A stretch of DNA of 56,193 bases, counting the filler, from Squatina squatina (lineage: Eukaryota), in the NCBI GenBank assembly GCA_031763465.1. It is 4 parts of 4 records of this genome, joined end to end, with 100 filler letters (N's around TTAATTAATTAA, not from the genome) between each part and the next. Parts side by side here need not be neighbours in the genome. Positions count along the whole stretch, not along the records: positions 41,864 to 56,193 come from JARFOE010000222.1; 3 more parts are not named here. The stretch is one strand, 5' to 3'. This document shows positions 49,588 through 56,193 of this stretch, piece by piece. The number at the start of each line of letters is the position of its first letter. The stretch's first letter is position 1. The position numbers and the translations under genes are program-made. Below the pieces are notes generated by a model that saw nothing but the letters and a program-made list of their open reading frames with translations, was not told the DNA's origin and searched no databases.

Positions 49588-49739
49588 CTCGTTCCTCCGC
49601 CGTCAATAGCCAAGACTCTAATGCCACGTCCTTTGATAGGGTCTGTATATCCGATCAAAGCCAGAGTCTCCCTGACTGCATTCTGAAGGTTTTCATCACT
49701 TGCCTGCCTCAGCCGTAACAAGCAAGGAATTAGCTTCTC
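49588..49739 (-). CDS. PNPLA8: PNPLA8 exon with patatin glycine-rich loop (152 bp)
   Basis: EKLIPCLLRLRQASDENLQNAVRETLALIGYTDPIKGRGIRVLAIDGGGT(R). cAG acceptor, GTAATT donor. Confidence 0.96.
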
Positions 49740-49789
49740 CTGTTTAAGAAAAAAATTAAAAAAAGTCAACATATTCATCACAGGATTTT

Positions 49790-50448
49790 TAATGCTTGAG
49801 ACGACAGATACACCACCTTCTGGAAAGGCAAACCAGAAGAATGCCATCTCCACGGGGTTTACCATCAAAAAATGAACCAGTCGGGCATCTTAGCGAGTCC
49901 CTTTGTAGGATAAACGAATGCCTCATGACCCACCGGCTCACCCTAACCCGGTAGTCAGTGTGTACGCCCCAANNNNNNNNNNTCGAAACCAAAGAGGAAT
50001 TCTACTCCAACCTTGAGCAATCCCTGTCCCGAGTCCCAAAGGGAGACAAGCTGATTCTCCTTGGCGATTTCAATGCCAGAGTTGGGGGAGGACACAAACC
50101 TCTGGAAAGATGTGATTGGCAGGGAAGGAGTAGGGAAAGCAAACCCCAACATAGTCCACCTCCTGATGAAATGCTTAGAACATGGTTTTGTCATAACCAA
50201 CACACTGTTGAGACAAGTACAAGACCTCATGACAACACCCTTGCACCAGGCATTGGCACCTGCTAGCCTACGTCATCGTTCGAGCGAGGAACCATAGGAT
50301 ATCCACATCACCCGCACCATGACAGGAGCCGACGATTGCTGGACCAACCACCGCCTAATCCTCTCTATTATCTTGATCAACCTGGCTCCAAAATAGCAGT
50401 GGCAACAGAAACGTTGCTGCAGGAAAATCTATATCTTGGGACTCAAAG
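49790..50448 (+). mobile_element. RTE-clade LINE endonuclease-domain fragment
   Basis: SVYAP..ETKEEFYSNLEQSLSRVPKGDKLILLGDFNARVG...W.DVIGREGVGKAN...DCWTNHRL. Frameshifted. Confidence 0.88.
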
Positions 50449-50567
50449 NNNNNNNNNNNNNNNNNNNNNNNNNNNNNNNNNNNNNNNNNNNNNNNNNNNN
50501 NNNNNNNNNNNNNNNNNNNNNNNNNNNNNNNNNNNNNNNNNNNNNNNNAACAACTTCACCGTGTTAC

Positions 50568-51413
50568 CTTTTCTCGCTGAAGAGTCAGGTGCTTGACTTT
50601 ATCATCAACTGACTTGGCTTCTTTATCAATAGTTTGCTCCACGTCTTTGCCTGTGCTTACACTCTTCCACTTTTTATTCTTGTCGTCGGCATTCTCTTTC
50701 ATTTCAATTCGCAGCTTGGGAACAAAGCTGCCAAGGCAGGTATCCATAAATGCTTGGACACTGTTTGTTGGGTATGAAAGCAAGTTAGCAAAACTCTTTT
50801 TTGTTGATGGAATTGGAGAAGATTCACCGGGTGTAGCAGTATCGGCACTGCAAATATTTAAACCAGTAATTTGTTGTTCATCTACTTCATTTACTTTTGA
50901 CTTAAAAGATGCTGTCCGTGTTGGATCTATCTCAGCCCCACCTTTTGGGTTACACAAAGGTAATTTATTGCCCTTTTTTATATCCATTTGCTCTGCATTC
51001 CCAAAATAACTGTTGATATGGTTTGCCACAAAGTTATATGTTTCTCCAAAATTTGTAGTAATATAGCTGGCATGGAAAAGATTTCCTCTTCCATCACTCT
51101 CTTTATCAATTGCACTATTACTGGATGGTTTCTTGTTAGAATTATCTGCAGGTTCGGAGCCAATAGCTGAGGTGGAAACTGAGTGGACAGTTTTTTCTAA
51201 TAGCTGGTTCAGATCGGAACCATCCTGGACATTCCCAGACTTAGAGGCGGTTAGTTTCCTTGCGCTTTCACACGGCACCCTTATTTCAGTTTCTGAATTT
51301 TTCGCCGAAATGTTTAGACTGGGCTTCAATCGTACAAGTTTTCCAATGAGCTCGTTGTGTGTGCTGCTGACAGCTTTTGACATAGAGTCTAAAGTACTCT
51401 TGATTCGCGACAT
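50568..51413 (-). CDS. PNPLA8: PNPLA8 large first coding exon (CDS part; exon acceptor probably at 51797-51796)
   Basis: MSRIKSTLDSMSKAV...LFHASYITTNFGETYNFVANHINSYF...GSFVPKL...HLTLQREK|GTAAC, 282 codons, matching recalled MSRIKSTL and SLQREK landmarks of iPLA2-gamma. Confidence 0.92.
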
Positions 51414-52177
51414 GCGACACCTCAGGGGTGTTGATCCCTCTGGATCGGAGGTACTCTGTTGCACAATGCAGGCAAGACAAAATAAATGCAGGCTTTTTCA
51501 AGTAAGCTGGATCACTAATAAGTGCTACTCCTCTTCGGGTCGATTTGCAGTGAATGTGCATGAAGATTTCTTGAGTCCTTTTACTGGGCGGTTTCCTGCT
51601 TTGATAAAGTGGTCTCGAAAGAGTGAAATAATCTATTTGTAAAGTAATTCTCAATGGCACAGTCCTCTTGGATGACAACTTAACCAGAAGTTTTTGCACT
51701 GTTTAGAGTATACAGATATAACTGGGAGGGTGGCAGTGCTTCAGACTCCACGATGATCCTTCGCTTTGTACGTCACCTGGTCTCCCGCTCGGTTTCTAAA
51801 AAAAACCAAAATTCAACTATGAATTTTTTTTTTTTAAAGACTATTTTATTGAGATGCAAATATGCTTGGTTACTGGGACAAATTTAAATCACCGAAAGAA
51901 TCAAAAACCATAGATTGCTGCTGTCAGGTTATGTTGTTACAGGGAATACAATGTGCAAGTTTATATTTCAGCGATATTAGTGTGTTGGCACCAATAAGTT
52001 AAAGGGGGAAAACAGATCACACAGCTCCATACATTTTCATATTGTAAAGACACTTAGTGAATCACCTCAAAATGCTCTCACCACCAGTGCCAGGTCTGTA
52101 TCCAGAAATACGTGAACTTTGTGCCACATATCTGGAGCTCAAAGTATTTTCTCCAGACACAACCCAAGATTGGAAAC

Positions 52178-52254
52178 ACAGAAGCGAAATACTGCGGATG
52201 CTGGAATCTAGAATACAAACAAAAAATGCTGGAAAAACTCAGCAGGTTAGGCAG
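52178..52254 (+). repeat. Dispersed young repeat, copy 3 (Penelope-like terminus?)
   Basis: Near-identical to 3131-3225 and 19380-19480. Ends at a gap. Confidence 0.7.
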
Positions 52255-52354
52255 NNNNNNNNNNNNNNNNNNNNNNNNNNNNNNNNNNNNNNNNNNNNNN
52301 NNNNNNNNNNNNNNNNNNNNNNNNNNNNNNNNNNNNNNNNNNNNNNNNNNNNNN

Positions 52355-52614
52355 TACCGTCATTCTAACCATGTGCCAGGTCAAAATCTGCAGGGTAATT
52401 CGACTGAACATTTACATCAAGACTCACCAGCACCACGAGCTGACCGAGCTACAGATGGTGCATTCGAGAGCCAGTAACGTTAACTGCATCTCAAAGGCAA
52501 TGAACAAGACGGTGAAAATGGCAGTGGTCATAGTGCTCGCCTATGTGTTGTGCTGGGCACCTTACTTTACAGTACAGCTGTGCACTGCCTGGTATCCCAG
52601 TGACATCAATGAGG
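52355..52614 (+). CDS. V2-type vasotocin receptor (V2b/V2C, VTR2A, avian VT1 type), TM5-TM6 exon end; 5' part in gap
   Basis: TVILTMCQVKICRVIRLNIYIKT...SRASNVNCISKAMNKTVKMAVVIVLAYVLCWAPYFTVQLCTAWYPSDINE(G)|GTGAGT. CQVKIC and SRASxVNCISKAM are features of the recalled chicken VT1 type; post-TM6 intron is in the family position; adjacent to PNPLA8. Confidence 0.88.
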
Positions 52615-53046
52615 GTGAGTCGTGCCATCATTTTCTCAAATAGCTGCCGCCCTTTAAAAAAACCTTTTCTTTCCACCTATCTCTTATTTTGCTTCGTTCC
52701 TGATTAGCACACATTTTCTGCATGGCACGATTGCCCTTCGTTTGATTTTCCAAGTGCTTCCCTTCAACTGATTCCCAAACTTTCCCTTCGCCAGTGAAAG
52801 TAAACGAATATAACTCCAGAAATGACTTTGCCACATTAGTATGCTTAGTGCGCGCTAGTCGGAATGTCTCCTGGCGGAGGCAGGTCGAAGCATTTATCTT
52901 AACTTCAGTCAAAATAGNNNNNNNNNNGAATATTTAAACATCTAGTGTGGCAAACAATGATTCTCAGGCTCTCGTTGTCACAACCTGTGTTTTTGTCGAA
53001 TTTGTTGGAGAATTGGTACAGACCCTTACAGATGAAAGGGAAAAGT

Positions 53047-53369
53047 AAGAATTTGTATTTATATAGTGTCTTTCACGACTTCAGGACGTCCAGAAGCACT
53101 TTACAGCCAATGCATTACTTTTGAAGTATTGTAATGTCGACAAGGTCCTGCAAACAGCAGTGTGATTGTGACTAGATGTTCTAGTGAAGTTGGTTGAGGG
53201 ATAAATATTGGCTAAGATACGGAGAGAACTCCCCTGATCTTTCGATAGCGCGATGGGATCTTTTATATCCACATGATAATATTTCACCGGAAAAACGGCA
53301 CCTCCGACAGTGCAGCAGGCCCTCAGTGCTGCACTGGGGTGTCAGCTTCGATTATGTGCTCAAATCTCT
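53047..53369 (-). mobile_element. Deu-domain SINE (SacSinE1-like), reverse orientation
   Basis: Reverse complement of the 23247-23680 element (ACGGCACCTCCGACAGTGCAGCA, ATGGGATCTTTTA, tail TTGTATTTATATAG). Confidence 0.75.
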
Positions 53370-54409
53370 ACTGTTGTTTGGTGGCGGGGGGAACACCACA
53401 AATGATTGCAGCCTAGAGATCACTGTATTTCATGCCTCTGCTGCACTTTCATAACTTACCAGTCCCATTCGGGAATGTTTTTACTGTATTAACTTGAAAT
53501 CCGTATTGTAACGTGGATATTTACGTACACAGAGTCAAAAATGTGTTTGAGGGGTGATAGAGGAAATATATTCAAAACTTGTGAAGTCAATCGAGTAGAT
53601 ACAGCAAAATTATGCTTGGAGATGTTCCAGAGCTGTGGTATGCTCTCAAATAAATGCATGGCTTCCTTTTCTCTCCAATCCCCAGGAAATTTGGACAGGT
53701 CTACTGCATGCTTTTGATCTGACGTGNNNNNNNNNNNNNNNNNNNNNNNNNNNNNNNNNNNNNNNNNNNNNNNNNNNNNNNNNNNNNNNNNNNNNNNNNN
53801 NNNNNNNNNNNNNNNNNNNNNNNNNNCCATCAGAACAGGGTTAACAGCAGTCATGTACGTCTGAGAGATCAGAAAGGAAACTTCAACAATTACACATGCA
53901 ACTGAATTCATACCAATTTGCAGTGATGAATTAAAGGATTCACCAGGCTGGGCTCTTCCTTAAGACATTGCATTCGTTTTTTTTAATCTTGTTATGTGAA
54001 CATCGTTAATTATAAAAAAGACATTGCATGTGCATCTATTTAAACACAAACAGCCATAGTGTATATCGTATATCGTACACCATTTTAAGAGAAATGGAAA
54101 GCAATTCAACAGACTGGTGCCTGATGGAAAGTCTTTATAGCACATCAAATGAGAGCTTCTGTCATGAAGTTATCCTTCATTCAAATCTACACACAGGGTG
54201 AGTAGACAGACAAATGAACAGTTTCACTATTCAAGGTACATTGTACATTCATGAGATTAAATGCAAACACTTTGTAAATTAAGGAAATGGAATAAACAGT
54301 GTCTGTAGTAAAATCTAGCAATGCAGGAGAATGCCCTGTGCAATCTCCAGCTTACTTCAAATCTGGTGGGTTATCAATAAACGTCAGCAAATTGTTATTG
54401 GCAGTGAGA

Positions 54410-54480
54410 TAGGGGCCAGAGATTGGATACTGCGGTAGGGGCCAGAGATCAGATACTGGGGTAGGGGCCAGAGATCGGAC
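54410..54480. repeat. 26-bp tandem repeat, about 2.7 units
   Basis: AGGGGCCAGAGAT recurs at 54411, 54437 and 54463. Confidence 0.85.
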
Positions 54481-55136
54481 AGTGACATAGAACATAAGCA
54501 ATNNNNNNNNNNNNNNNNNNNNNNNNNNNNNNNNNNNNNNNNNNNNNNNNNNNNNNNNNNNNNNNNNNNNNNNNNNNNNNNNNNNNNNNNNNNNNNNNNN
54601 NNAAAATAATTCATTGGTTGTTGAGTGCTTTTGGACACCCTGAGGTTTTGATAATGTACGATAGAAATTCAAGATGTCTCTTTTTTCCTAGGTTTTGATC
54701 TCTATCTTTTCTCCAAGCCTTCTCTTTCTCCTTCTTACCCGAGATCAGGTCCGAGTTACACGGTGTGTTACACCAACGAGTCGGTCTGGTATGCCACATA
54801 TGCTAGACCTAAAACCAATCTTCTTTTGATAACCAGACACAAAGCAGCAAACAAGGCAGAGTAAGTAATACTCTGCTCTGCATCTGCTAAACGGCACCAG
54901 GCCACCTCATTCTTTAACAGAAAAAGATGTAGCTATGGTAACTTTTATACTGCCCTTCATCGGGAAGCACAAAGGAGTTGGACTGTGGCCAGGCAAGTCA
55001 CTTTACATGACAGACTTTGAACACTGAGCCAAGCCTCTTCAGCAGGAGACTGCCCTTTTAATCTGGGATATGTTTCAGGTCTGAAGACAGAGGGTTAGGC
55101 AAATAGAGCAAGGAAAACACGGACCTCGCTGCTTAC

Positions 55137-55250
55137 CTCAGAGCCGTTTTGTAATGATAAACCGCTTCGTCATGGCGACCGTGGTCTTTCAGGAAGTTGG
55201 CGTAGTTGTAGTGCACCTTGGCATTAAGGGGCAAAGTCTGAACTCCAGAT
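55137..55250 (-). CDS. TMTC1: Protein O-mannosyltransferase TMTC1, first-TPR exon (114 bp); not in the ORF track
   Basis: (R)SGVQTLPLNAKVHYNYANFLKDHGRHDEAVYHYKTAL(R), compared with recalled human SGVQTLPHNAKVHYNYANFLKDQGRNKEAIYHYRTALK. aatAG acceptor, GTAAGC donor. Confidence 0.93.
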
Positions 55251-56193
55251 CTATTGAGACNNNNNNNNNNNNNNNNNNNNNNNNNNNNNNNNNNNNNNNN
55301 NNNNNNNNNNNNNNNNNNNNNNNNNNNNNNNNNNNNNNNNNNNNNNNNNNNNNNNNNNNNGTGATTGCAGCTCCTTAGATCGGTTGTTGAATTGGTCCTC
55401 TGAAACCAGTAATGTTCAATTAGTGCCCATCAGGCACCCATTAATGCTGAATTCTGCACAAGTTTTTAAGCTGCCAAAAACTTTTTCACAACAGCACAAA
55501 TTTAGCGGGGCAGCGCAAAACGGGCGCTAAAATCATTGTTTTTGGTCCCCTTGCATTTTAAACGCAGGGCAGACCAATTGGGCATCCTACCTATTTGACC
55601 AAGCTTTTGGTCCCTTGCCCTAATTTCTCCTTATGTAGCTCGCTGTTAAATTTTTTGTCTCCTGATACTCCTGTGAAGCGCCTTGGCATGCTTTACTGTG
55701 TTAAAGGCACTATATAAATACAAGTTGTTGTTTTGTTGTATTACATGCATTTGAGCTCTTTCCTGTGGTGGAAGTGAGAAGAGAAAGAGCAGTACACATG
55801 TAGCATGTCAAACGTAGCTGGTGGGATTCAGTAAAAGCTTTGCTGTCAGTTGCATTTGGCATGGTGAAAGCACAAAATTGAGTATAATAGACATTAAGCC
55901 TCTGATGAAGCTTTTTTTCTGGGGGGGGTAAGGGGTGAGATAAAAACATAGGAATTGCTAAATAAAGGAAGACCATCGAGTTCAACTTCTATCCTCCAGG
56001 TAGTCACATGGTACAACGATAATGGAGTTGTTGACTAATTATAGCTATCAATCTCTATGAATTAGTTTACAACAGACCCAGGCGTGCTATAAGGAAAACT
56101 CCAGTGGTGGAGAGCTTTAGGAACCATAGGTCCAAAGTCACCTGTGCATCCCGAGCATGCTACACATGTCTTGAATTGCTCATATGGTGTGCT

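Noticed and set aside
334-51413. Lipid-metabolism gene cluster (ELOVL6, LPAR1, B4GALT5, PNPLA8)
   Set aside because: The genes sit in different linker-separated blocks, so the adjacency is artificial.
50593-51642. Plus-strand ORFs of 138 and 169 aa
   Set aside because: Antisense shadows of the PNPLA8 large exon with no recognisable protein features.

Overview
Eukaryotic, intron-rich vertebrate DNA, almost certainly a cartilaginous fish (shark-type Deu-domain SINEs, CR1/L2/RTE LINE fragments, abundant Harbinger elements). It is not prokaryotic, so most ORF-track entries are noise. The assembly is fragmentary: short contigs joined by 100-N gaps. Three spacers carry an artificial six-frame-stop linker (N44-TTAATTAATTAA-N44) and split the window into four apparently unrelated blocks. 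Block 1 (1-15225): ELOVL6 (3 coding exons, minus) and one ENPEP exon (plus). Block 2 (15326-28427): two ECPAS exons (minus) and the main LPAR1 exon (plus). Block 3 (28528-41763): an SLC6A14-like exon (plus), two CDH26-like cadherin exons (minus), Harbinger relics, a 38-bp CCAAT minisatellite and the last exon of B4GALT5/6 (minus). Block 4 (41864-56193): PNPLA8 (4 exons plus an out-of-order degenerate partial exon copy, minus), a V2-type vasotocin receptor exon (plus) and a TMTC1 exon (minus). All genes are incomplete because exons fall in gaps. Gene identities rest on my recall of vertebrate orthologue sequences plus GT-AG boundaries, not on a database search. I found no convincing new biological system. 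The best leads are the PNPLA8 oddities (duplicated partial exon, closed N-terminal frame, overlapping uORF), a Tyr-to-His change at the conserved SLC6 TM3 gate residue, and the CCAAT-box minisatellite.
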